From Lingula anatina (lineage: Eukaryota; Animalia; Brachiopoda), in the NCBI GenBank assembly GCA_051362555.1, contig CM120649.1:7812001-7876000 (forward strand): DNA of 64,000 nucleotides, given 5' to 3'. The notes under the pieces were generated by a model. It saw only the letters and a program-made list of their open reading frames with translations, did not search any database and had not been told where the DNA came from. The translations under genes and the position numbers were made by a program. Below, one piece after another: positions 52,436-64,000 of the stretch. Each line of letters begins with the position of its first letter. The stretch's first letter is position 1.

Positions 52436-53557
52436 TGTGTGTGTGTTTGTGTGTGTGTGTGCAGGCACACGTGTACATGTGTGTATGTATTCATGTGTGT
52501 GTGTGTGTGGAGGGAGAGAGAGAGAGAAAGGGAGGGAAGGAAGGAGGGGAGAAATAAACTGAGGAAGAGGATGGGGGGAGGCAGGGCAGAAACTGTTTTT
52601 CCTCAATATTAGACAATCAGCCATCATGCTGATGAAGAGTGCTGTCCCCATCCTAATCAGAATCCAGAGGTACAAGGCCTAAAATGGTCTTAGAAAGCAG
52701 ATAGTTGTGCCTTGCCACAGGTAACAAAAACCATGAAAAAGCATAGGCCAATTTTTTTTTTTTTTTTTTTTTTTGAAATGAAGTCTAATCTGAGCGACTC
52801 GGTACATATTTCCAGTTATCATACAAGTGCAAGGGGCACTGACATCAACCAACAAAACTCATTAGGCAGGAAATATACATGTGTATTAAAGAAAGGAAAA
52901 TCTTCTCATCTTTCCTCTGTTGTTCTCGGATGCCTCAGAACCAGAGACAATACATCTAAGTGAACACGGCCATTGCTGTCTTCCCATGTGGTGAACAGAA
53001 ATTAATGTGATGTTTCCATGGCAACCAAGCTAGCGATCAATACAAAGCCAGTTAATGTGCTTACTCTGTCTTCTGCTGCAATAGATCAGATCACTAGCTA
53101 TAGAAATATCTGGAAGACATCTCTCTTCCTCGTTCACAAAAAATAACTGAGAACTCCTCTTAATTCAGCTAAAACCCAACTTCATTCATTTGTTTGTCTA
53201 TTTACATTTGGACATAAAACTACAGAGTGACTTCAGAAATTGAAACACCTCCAAAACTATTCCTCCTTGTTCCGTGTGAGACACAATAGCTGAACTCTGG
53301 AGGAGAACTCCATTTCAATGGAGAATTAGTTTGTGAAACACATACAGAAACTGGAGAGTTCAGTGGGTCTCCTGTCTTTCACCCTGTCTCATGTACTTAC
53401 AGAAATGAGCTGGTCACCTCTCTTGAGCTCTCCGCTGAGGTCTGCAGGTCCCCCCGCCAGGATGAACGACACGTAGATCCCCTCGCCATCTTCTCCGCCC
53501 ACGATGTTGAAACCCAGGCCAGACGATCCTTTCTTTAGGGTCACCTTCCTCGGCTCT
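36879..53557 (-). CDS. dlg1: Discs large MAGUK (DLG1-like), PDZ3-SH3-HOOK-GK part; exons 53557-53401, 49032-48930, 48572-48470, 47621-47445, 46295-46229, 43206-43083, 41720-41694, 39323-39276, 38929-38828, 38336-38164, 37780-37671, 37432-37341, 36985-36879
   Basis: Spliced translation: [71 protein letters not shown]...-YNRFEAKIH...[14 protein letters not shown]...ASDDEWWQA...[15 protein letters not shown]...[49 protein letters not shown]...[17 protein letters not shown]...IWVPSKEKL*. All junctions are GT-AG and phase-consistent. The N-terminal PDZ1-2 exons were not found in the window. Confidence 0.96.
39144..39250. repeat. ~29-bp minisatellite, 4 copies, intronic
   Basis: tgtgttaggtgtgacagtatttgtaagaa repeated. 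Confidence 0.9.
40665..40950. repeat. 44-bp minisatellite, ~6.5 copies
   Basis: cagatcaacacccagctatacatatacagtatataatatttagc repeated. Confidence 0.95.
43464..46141 (+). mobile_element. Second, partly tandem-duplicated copy of the HINE-like element, in a DLG intron
   Basis: Same 5' end and 3' hairpin as 27841-30054; an extra internal 3' end with a shortened hairpin at ~45000-45087. Confidence 0.75.
46540..47477 (-). repeat. 37/38-bp minisatellite, 25 units, derived from the DLG SH3 exon end plus splice donor
   Basis: Minus-strand unit GGACTGGGCATCATACCCAGCAGGAGGAG|GTAGGGAG; the first unit is the real exon end (GLGIIPSRR). Confidence 0.95.
52386..52550. repeat. (GT)n/(GA)n microsatellite
   Basis: Seen directly in the sequence. 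Confidence 0.95.
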
Positions 53558-55431
53558 CTGAAGTGAGAAAAAAAATAACAGTTTATCCCATGGTGTTAAC
53601 TTTTTCTTTCCAAACATTTGCTGTCAGTGTACAACAATTTGATACCGTACATTAATTAATAAGGTCAATTTTCCACATGATTTTCTTTTTTTCTTGTACT
53701 TCTTTTTTCTGATTTATTCCCCAGTATATACAGAGAACAAATGTGTTAGTTGAGAACACATTGCGTTCCGGTTGTGCCTCACCTTCCTGGCATAACAACA
53801 TCCCTATATATTGAAACTTCAATATGAGGCAAGTTTCAATTTAACTCTGGCGTTCAGTGTGAAAACTAGAATTCTGAGAGGACAAACATGTCATTTTGCT
53901 GGCCAAAAAAAGCCTTCGGCTTACTGTTCAAACATAACTATAAACTGTGCCCAATACACAATACAGAAGTCACTGCAACATTCCCACCATTCATAATTCA
54001 AGGACAATCATACACTAACAAACTACTTGCAAAGGGGCCAAACTAATTACTCCCCAGGTAAATTTTACTTCTGGCTTTTTTATACTACTTAATGTGTACT
54101 GCACAATTCCATTATTTTTTCAGTGTCATAGCTTTTAACTTTCTCAGTCAATGGTCCTGAAAAGAGTCATGTTTACTTTTAATAACTTGTTGACATCTGT
54201 GTAACCCCCGGGGTAGAAAGCTGTACATGTGTATGTAAACCACAAACGTGCAAACAGTGCCATATACGACTGCTGTAGAAACTGTGGGATTAATGTACAA
54301 CTAGAGCATATACACATACAATGCAGGGGTGAATACAAATACAATCAATCCACTATTACAAAGTCCCTGCTCCAAATACCAAGAGATGAGATGTATAAGT
54401 CTAAGTCTAGATGCAGACTTAGGGACCATTCTCAAATCCTATCGCAATAACTGTCTGTCTAAAGCTGCTACGGGGTAATTAGTTATTGTTTAGCAGCTTC
54501 AGTACGTACGCCAGACATCAAAGACCCCATTTCCAGAGATTAGATCGATCTACTTTAGATCGACCTAACTCCCTGGGGGTTCACGCTAAATAGCTGTCAG
54601 CCGGGCGGACACGAAAGTTAATTACCCCCTTACAGCTTGTAGTAGGCGGGACAGACATTTAAGCCAGATTATCTGACAGTAATCTAGTGAGACTCCCCGC
54701 AGGGATAGATCGATCTAAAATCTCTGGGAATAGAGCCTAAGCCACTTCAGCTGAAAGTGAGAAACCCCTTGGAGCTGGATCGATTCTGTTAGATCCATTT
54801 AGGTATGGGAACCCAGTTTTAAACACCAGCTTCGTTCCTTTTTATGTTTCACCATATTGCTTGTGAAGTAACAATTTCTCCTTTATTCTTAATGCTGTGC
54901 AAGAGCAAAAACACCAGCAACATGTCTACAGGGCTGGTCCAGAATTAGCAGGAAAGAATTGCATAAACACTGCACAACTAATATGATCTCTAGTGTCTGA
55001 CAGCTCATAAACTCCCTCCAGAGATCTCTCCATTATACATTCATTAAAATATATTGATTTTTGTCTCAGAACCTTCATTGCTCATCCTGAATTACCCAAC
55101 TTTTCACAGGGTTACATATCTGACGCAACTTAATCAATGCAGTTGCATAAAAACATTCAGGAAATATTCATCATAAAACCTGTTCAATCAATACCAAATT
55201 GTTTTGCATAAATGCCATATACATCAAGCGGTAACTTTTCAGACTTTCCTGGACCCCTGGAACTCGGACCAAATCGGTTCTTGTTCCCAATGACAGAAAC
55301 AGTACATTTTCCCAAAATGTAGCAAGTGCTTACACATCTAGAAACAAGTGCAATATTCTTTCTTTTACAACCCTTGATTTCCTTTGAGTTATAGTATTAT
55401 AAAATGTTCATTTTTGATGTTACAGTTAAGG

Positions 55432-55599
55432 CAGGCCCGTAGCCAGGGGGGTTCAGGGGGTTCGAAAGAACCACCCCTTTTGCTGGGAAAAAGTCCACTC
55501 TGGGTAAAATTTGATTTAGGTACATGAAATTTTTATGGGAAAAGGTCCACTTTTTCAGAAAAAGAACCCCCCCCTTTGAAATTGCTGGCTACGGGCCTG
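55432..55599. mobile_element. 168-bp MITE with 15-bp perfect TIRs and 5-bp flanking direct repeat TAAGG
   Basis: taagg|caggcccgtagccag ... ctggctacgggcctg|taagg. Confidence 0.85.
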
Positions 55600-58500
55600 T
55601 AAGGTCAACCTTTCTTCTATAAAATGTGGGGGGTTGAAAGAGAGGGGGGCTAGGAGGAAGGGAGAGGATACAGAGTGGTTTCCACAGTATATCAGCATTC
55701 TAAAAGATAAAGCTAAAAGTGGAGTGTTGACTTAGTTTGAAATTACAAATCTGCACTCAATGAAGCAGTTTATCAGCAAACATTCCTGGGCTGACCACCA
55801 GATCACAGATCACTCCACTGTGGGGCTATCTCTGTGGTACAGGACGCCTCAAGTATGCACAGTGAGGCAGTTTAGAAAGTCAGCTCACATAAATGATACT
55901 TAACATAGAATTAAGATAAAGTGCTTACATCACAAACAGAATCAGCATGTTTAATCTGAAAACTAATGTCTGTAAAAACAGCCTCCCTTACCAAATGAAG
56001 TCAACCAAATAAAATCCAATCCAGTCTTGAGATAAATAAGACTTTGCTATCAACAATACCAAATCTATCTTAATTAGGGGTATTAAAACAACAATTCAAA
56101 TCACCGATTACAAGCTGTATCAAAACATATGAACATTTAATCCGGATTCACATATCTTGAACAAATTACCACTAGGGGGAGGTAATCCTCTACCAAGATA
56201 GACCACAAACTGAGCTGCTGGAGTTCACAATTAAATGCACCATCTCAAAGTGAAGAGTTAAGTCAATGTTGGGAAGTGCCTTGGCAAACAGATCAGGCTC
56301 CCCCCACTACACCTGTAATCCAAGGAGAACACAACTTTGACACGCCACGCCTGCACGTATATTGATAACTGCTATTTTTCAGAAATCTCAGCCACTTTCT
56401 TCACATAAATGTTTTGTTTCTTCTGCTACTCTACATTTTCTATAATGAATTTTTTTTTCACTTGGGAACAGAATTTTAAGAATCTGGCATTTCAGATAAA
56501 TATTTCCAGATAAATAAAGAACTGAAGAAAAATCAATCAATAAAGAATAATCAATTTTGTTAAATTATTGTTGGATCCCAATACCAGCAGGCATTCAAGT
56601 TGTTGAAACAGATGGAAACATAATCTCTACCTCATAAAATATCTGTCACCCATTTCTAGGACTATAAAATATGTGAACACAAGTCCTAGACATCCACACA
56701 CTGCAGGGAGTACTGGTACATTTCTGGCACATATATTTCAAAAGAGAACGAACAAGTTTGTCACAAAGGTGAATTTTCATCGATCCCTTCATCCCAATCA
56801 CTGTTTCCTCAATCTCAGCAAACAATTCCAAATAACAGCGGATTAGGTTCCCAGTGTCAATATTTGCTGAGAGTGTTAGCCAATTAAGGCTTCATTCAAG
56901 TTATGTCTGGAGGATGTTATCCTTAAAATAGATATAATCAAATTGAGTCGGATCAGCTCCAGTGTGTACACACCTGTTGGCATACACATTGACAGGTGAT
57001 TGGCTGTTACGTATAAAGGCGCATTTATACTTAACTTGTGAGAGTTAAGCTTAGAGAAGACATATCCTCGTGCTCGTACCCACACAGACAAAATATTGCC
57101 TTTTCAAGACAAGAGTCTCATTCTCAAAGAAATCATCACTCTACATACTTAAATTCAACTCTGCAGGAAGTCTTGCTGAATACAGTCAGACTCATGTACC
57201 TCCTCTTCTTTCCAATATACTCTTATAATCAGTTTTTCTGTATTCTACACAATCTTAGGAGGAGACATGTTAATCTGATTGCATTCAGCGAGAGTCCCCG
57301 CGTAGCTGGATCAATTAACACAGAACGATACATTCATTTGGAATGGACCCATAGAACTATAATCAACACACCCCCCCTCTTCATTCATAAATTACTCATT
57401 CTTTAAATTTATCTGTTTTATCCAAATGGAAGTCTAAAAACTACAGTTTGAACTGATTGCCTCTACAAAGTCAATACACAGACTATGATTTAACCTATGC
57501 AAAAAAGTGCAATAGCATTAAATTATTGCAACTAGAGATGTTTTTGGTAGACATCAAGAACAGTCACATTTCATTTCCCGTTCCCAATGGTTGCTTTAGA
57601 GATCCTTCTTTATGTGACTATAAAAATGCCTGAAATGTTTATCACAAAGATCTACAGCAAAAATGCCCTTGAATTCTGGCTAGCAACTTTTTATTTACCC
57701 TAGGTAGTTTTACCCCCTTCTTTCTTTCTTTCTTTTTTGTCTTGAAAAAAATTCAACATTCTGCAAGACTGCCTTATCTTTATTATAAACATTTTCTTCC
57801 ATTTCAATAAAATGGTCTTTAACTCTCCATTTAGTTTTAACTTATCAGATTTCCTTTTCAGGACCCTTATCTTAACTATTTCAAAGAAAATTACTCCTAT
57901 TTGCATAGCCTCACTATAATAATCATTATAACCTACTTAATCTGAAGGAGAAAATTAACACTCGCTTCGCCAGCAATTTCATGGGGGACAGCACTGTGGT
58001 ATTTTCTACATAAATCCTTAAAGAACTAAATCCCTTATATAATGTATCATTTTGACAACCATGGGAGATATTGATATTATTGTACAATATCTACCTACTA
58101 TGATATGTATTTATCCCTAAATGCTGTATTGACACTTTGCTCCACCTTAAAAATTAATCAACATAATTATATAACAGAATATACTTTCAACTTATCAAAT
58201 TTTCAAATTTCTCTTGCCCATATATCCTCAGCTGATGTTTTCACTTGCTTTGTATTATTAGGTGAGAACAGTTTTCTTTTGAGGACAACAGCTCAATTTT
58301 TTTGACATGTTAAGAGTGAAAAATGAAAAAACCTACCACTAAATACCCCCAAAATATTCCCACCTCTACAAGCCAGTGCACAATGTTATGGCAATATTTA
58401 CCTGTTAAAATACTGATAGTCATACAGGTCCTTCCTTGGTTTACGATACATACTGCCTTGGTCCTGTTTTGGAGGCTTCATTGGAGATATGTTTACAAAT

Positions 58501-61500
58501 ATCCTTCAAGTTTTCAGCGTGTCTCTCTTTCAACTGTGAGACTTTCAAACGTCAGCGTGTCTCTCTTTCAACTGTGAGACTTTCAAACGAAGTGGTAGCA
58601 GTACTCCAACTTCAAGCACTACTCCTAGAAATAATCACTATCAATAATATCCGATATCTTGCCTGGCGAGACAGAATTTCTCCACTGATTATCCACAACA
58701 ATGTTTCACATTAATATATCTCGGAGCTTGTATACCAAGCAATGTTTACACTTCCTGGATATCTCTCAGAGACAACTACCAATGTTTCACTCCAGTAAGT
58801 AGTTTACCTTCTCAGTATTTCTCAGAGTTATCATAAATCTTAGTGATCAACGGCTTGTAGTATCTCCTTCCAACTACCCAGTGTTGTTTCAGCTTCTGGT
58901 GATACGGGACATTACATCTTATAAAAACCAGCTCACCTCCAAGAAGCCTGTAACATGCAGTAATATTGCTGCTGTTTCTATATCCCTCTCAGCCCAATGG
59001 TATAACAGTATAAGGTCACAAACTGGTCAGTTCTGCTCATGGACGTGTATTTTGCCCCCTCCGTAGGGATACAAAGTTGGTAAGTACTGATGGTAAAATC
59101 ACCGGTCACTAGTTGCTCGACGTAAATAACCACCAGACCACTTCTAATCAATGGTGATTACATGGAGCCAAAGCCAGACGAGATCAATAAGGATTACATG
59201 GTCCCATTACCAACGTTACTAACCCTAGCTTCCCTCTGATATTGGAATTGATTGCAATAATGAGCTGAGAAACGGACTGTGAAGATATCCTGCTCTGGCA
59301 AGCACAGCTATGTATGCAACAATCAATAAATGACGTTTTTTTCTTTTTTTTTTTCTTTCTGCGGCTTTGCTAAATACCAGGCAAGACAGACAACCAGATA
59401 CTAGAACGCTATAAGATTTACAGGAAGTAGTTTTCCTGGAATTCCAGGTAATTTGCTTGGAATCTCTGAGACTGCAGAGCACCAATTGTTCCTGGTCTTC
59501 AGCTGGCATGTGCTGCTACCTTTCCATGCTACTGTGAATCAGGCACAGCTGGAAAACCCTGGTCTGGAATTCCTCAAATAAAACTAGCTCCTAAAAACCC
59601 AGAATACCAACAGCTGTCAATCTTAACAACTCCTCGAGTACTGGGAACGGTTATTCCTGGAATACTGCTACTTCTAGGAAGACAGGTGGAAAAACAAAAC
59701 CTCAAAACTGAATAACACAACAGTAATCTTCTTCCACAGATGTAACAGTCCTGAGTAAACAACTACCAGAAATGTACACACTTTGGCAAGAACGCAACGA
59801 GAAGGCGCTGTCCCACAAATGAATTCCTGGGAACAATATGACAGTGAAGTTTTAGGTTCAAACTTCCACCAGGTACCTCAGTGCAGCCACACTGAAGTAT
59901 CAGCTGTTACGATTTCTGGATCTGAGAGAAGACCACAGCTTGTTAGTACAGTCCTCCTCCAGTTGGTTTTCCTTTCATCACACCATCCTCTGTCATCTAC
60001 CCACTGAGATTAATTAATTAATATATTAACTAATTAACCAGGTTAGACAAAGCTTTGATGTAAGCCACTTAGTGAGAAGAAAAATAACATCACCACCAAA
60101 TGTCTCTTTGCCAAATGTGCCTCTTTCTTGACCTCCACATATATACTAGTACTGCAAATGAGTGCTGATAAGTGTTGAGGTATATATGCTGTGGTATTTT
60201 CACAATGACAAGACCTAATCACCTATGCACAGGTGCTACCTGCAGAGTATGTTCAGTTCCTGCCTGAGCTGTGACCTTATTAGGTCTATGACCTCACTTA
60301 ATATGGTTTACTGGAAAACTTCCACAGAGTAATGAAAATGTCAATGTTTTATCTAACAAAGCAAAGACAATCCACTCAATGGTAAGAGCTGATGAGCTGT
60401 GTGATATTTGATCTCTTTCTTGTGGGTCAAATATTCCTTTCTTTATTAGTGACCCCAATCTTGTGTCCAGGTCAGAGAGTTCAATGACAGCAGCATCTCC
60501 TCGGTATGGACATCTGGCCTCGGTGACACCTCTCAGTGTGACTGTCACAAATGAGAAATGTCACATCTGTCACCTGTCTGCAGAGGTCACCTGTGTGAGG
60601 ACGTCCTGATGACTGAATGATTAAGTACTCTTTAAGTGTGTCACTGCCTCAGTGAAGAGCTAAAGCAAGCTGACTTAATTCCTGACCGCACAGCTTTCTG
60701 TGACAACATCCACAGCTCAGAGATCAGTAACTGGAGACTTTAGCTATTAGTGCTCCAGACTTTTACAACTGTGTCAACGTTGTCATTCACTCAGCAGTAG
60801 CAAGATAATGTCTGGTGATAAAATCCTCACATTTAATCGCGTAGGTCCACCAGGAATTCACGCAGCATTAACAAACAACCCGCTTTTCATGAAGGATTTT
60901 TTTCCACTGCACAACAGCCAGGTAGCACTGTGCATGTGTGTATATCTGCTAGCCGTTCTAACGGTGACATCAATTCAAATACGTGTGACAGCTCAGTCAA
61001 ATCTAGTGAGGACACCAAGATAATGGGGGTCAAGGCGGTGAATGACAGTCTGTAGGTGGTAGATGCGGGTGTTATCTGTCTTCTCTTATAAGTGGTGTGT
61101 TAAACACTTCACTGTTGACACTTCTCCACTATTCAAGAGGAAGATTACGCTGACTGTGGAGATACTGTTGCCAAGGTTAGGTAGTAGCTATTATGTGTCG
61201 GCTTGGTTTAATTTTTCTACTGAAATTTGACTAAATGCATTGGCTTTTCCTGCTGCACAGCACCTTCTTCCTTACTTTTGTACACCACCTCAACTTTTAC
61301 TCCTAAACAGTACAGTCCGTTGCAACTGAACACTTCTAAACTTTTGTTTTTCACGCATCAGCAACTGGTCACTTCTTTATTGAGCTTTCACACTCTGGAA
61401 CTTTTTAACTGGATGTACGACTGAAATTGAGGATCGCTGATTATGGAGAAAACTGTCAATCCCTTAAGCAATTTACATTAACCAGCAACTCCAATATTTT

Positions 61501-63214
61501 TCTTTGAGTCTTAGACTGCTATAGCATTCAGGCAGCAGTCTACGCTTTATATATCACAATATCTTTGCTGTGACTAATTCAAATCTCCTTTTTGCAAAAA
61601 TGTCACACCTAATAATTGATAATCAATAGCAATTATGATATGCTGTTATCCTGATGACGGGTGGCCAAATGACATCTGATAAATCTGGCAACTTGAGCAG
61701 AACACAAATCGGAGTTGTCATACAACACTCTGTCACAGCGGGTATTTCAGTGCCACTGACCTTACTAAACCTTGAGTACTTTTATTTCAGTTTTCTTCTG
61801 GGTACTTTAGATAGCAGTAGCAGTCCTGGGTAAGAAAGACGAGGGCCACTGTGCTGTGAAGAGATCACAACATATCAGGTGCCAAACCTCAGTTCACCTT
61901 AACCAATCCTAAACCAAGGCACTGCCCTTCCTAGCAGACAGAATTTCACAGCTTTTGTTTGGCCTATTCATGTGCCAGCAAAGAAAAGCTGAAGATGCTC
62001 CGATAAGAAAAAATTAATTGATTTTTTTTATGTGCCAGTTTGTATATATCTCTCCTTGCCTGGGTTCTGTCTCTCTGTCACTGGAAGAATATACTGGTGT
62101 CACCTTGTAGTGTTACCTGATTGTCACCTGTCAGGTAAATGTCCTCTACCCTCCCCCTGCAGTCTATATATAGACACAAACACAGGGAAACACAGGGAGA
62201 TACAGAGCTCAATATCTGACAAGAGAAGTTCTGTCTATCCACTAACACTTGTAGAACATCACACAATATGCTCCTTGTCCCTCAGAGGTGAAAAACATAC
62301 AAATCAGGCTATCAGGAAATACCTTCCTTCAAACAGTGGTTTATCTCTCCTGTTTTAACTGCACGGTTAAATATATATCCTGGGTGACTGTAAGTAGTTA
62401 TCAACCCCAAAGTTTGAGGTTTGTATACCAGAGCTTGGTATCAATATGCCAATATCTCTCCAATGGGAAATAATTACCAGCAATTTTCACCTCGTAATAC
62501 TCCGCCCGGATATTGATCAGTGTCACGATTTTCTTGCTAATAAGGTCACTTAGCTGCTTACGGTCAGATCTGATTGATCTAAGGGTCAATGTGTGTCCAC
62601 TAATATGGCTGAAATACTGACCACAATGAAGCACAAGGATCCAGTCAATTTTATACTGACCAATGTGGTCATTTCTTGTTCAAAGTACTGACCACAAGGA
62701 CACAGCTGTGTAAAATCAAGGTAAAATCAATGTTCAAATGAAGCCCACAGACTCTGTGTCCAGATACAGGTCAGATGACGTCCAAAATCACTGTCCATAA
62801 TCACTGTCCATAAAGACCCAACTGTCCCCCCTGTTCACTTAATATCCTGTAGTCACTTAATGTCCACCAATGGTCAAATAGCCATGCTGTAACCCTGCCT
62901 ATAAAATGTCCCCCTGGGTGGGTCAAACGATACCCCAGTCAGACTGGTGAGAGCGGGTATATAAGCCTGGTACGGCTACACTGGTGACGTAACGCCCCTC
63001 TGGTCAGTTATCAAAACATTTCCGCCTGCTGGTTTAAGTCACTCTCTGTAACGGTTAGTCAAGTGAATGACCTGCTAATCCATGGTCATTCAGTGCCCAG
63101 GTTAATAGATTTCTCTGCTGCATGCACTCCCTGTCTGACGTGCCTTCAGCATATAAGCTATTGTGTTCCTTTGTCAGCTTTTGTTTAAATGTAGCTGTGG
63201 GGCCGGTGTGTAAT

Positions 63215-63422
63215 CGTGGACCCTAACAGGAAACCCTGAATCCTTACACTGGAATCCTGGACCCTAACACGGATTTCTGAATCCTGGACCCTAACACTAA
63301 ATCCTGAATCCTAAGACTGGAATCCTGGAGTCTTACACGGAATCCTGGATCCTAACACGGATTTCTGAATCCTGGACCCTAACACAAAATCCTGGATCCT
63401 AACACTGGAATCCTGCACCCTT
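63215..63422. repeat. Degenerate minisatellite (gaatcctggaccctaacac-like)
   Basis: Recurrent gaatcctg / ccctaacac units. Confidence 0.8.
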
Positions 63423-64000
63423 AAATAATACAAGTGTGAGGAAAGCAGACTTTATCCACTATCTACACCTGATTGTGAGATACAGTGTTCTTATACTCTA
63501 CAGGTTGATCTTGCTCTCTGGGACCACTCTCTCTCTGTCCAATATGTCAGTATACTCAGTATATGTCAGTGTATAAACAAATGGACTGTCCTCTCTAATA
63601 CTGGTCACAGTGTCTGGCCAGCAGCAGGGGAGTTAATCCACGACAGCGTACTCTACGACCCTGGGGTCACAGCTGGTGAACAGTCAGTTCAATTCACGGA
63701 TATCACCTACGTCTGAAAGTTCTTCCTCTTAGTAGTTTTATAATACGTCCTCTTCGCTGTGTAACTCCTCATAACTTCAGTCACATAAATCAGTGATAAT
63801 CACTAGGGAAGCACATACACTGTATACAGCCCTCTCTGGGGGGTTGCTGACACGTTGTATACATGTGCGACGTACACCACCTCGTCTTTCTGGCACGAGC
63901 CAAACTAACGACTCACTTTCCGTGTTCGACTCGCCCGCACCCTCTAATACCCTGTGCTACACAAAGCTATCATAACAATCCCTGAACAGCCAACAATTGA

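Noticed and set aside
63215-63422. Interstitial telomere (CCCTAA)
   Set aside because: Only isolated ccctaa hexamers inside a longer minisatellite unit, not tandem telomeric repeats.

Overview
Intron-rich, AT-rich metazoan (probably marine invertebrate) genomic DNA; the species cannot be determined from the sequence. From left to right: (1) the 3' end of a BEL/Pao LTR retrotransposon (RNase H tail + integrase, polypurine tract, 3' LTR), inserted into (2) a decayed NLR-like paralog that is also cut by a Tc1 remnant; (3) a three-exon Golgi carbohydrate sulfotransferase (Sulfotransfer_2/CHST family) with one in-frame TAG; (4) the most interesting locus, a two-coding-exon minus-strand gene (26637-19594) joining a DZIP3-like HEPN domain with an intact RxxxxH motif, an NB-ARC-type STAND ATPase and about 38 near-identical, shuffled 126-bp/42-aa TPR repeats, i.e. 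an NLR-like sensor with a predicted RNase effector; (5) the PDZ3-SH3-HOOK-GK half of a discs large (DLG) gene in 13 minus-strand exons, several with duplicated exon-end/splice-donor sequence, one amplified 25-fold. The rest is MITEs, Helentron/HINE-like elements with internal satellites, and micro/minisatellites. Exon boundaries were read by eye from GT-AG sites and reading frame; no searches were run.
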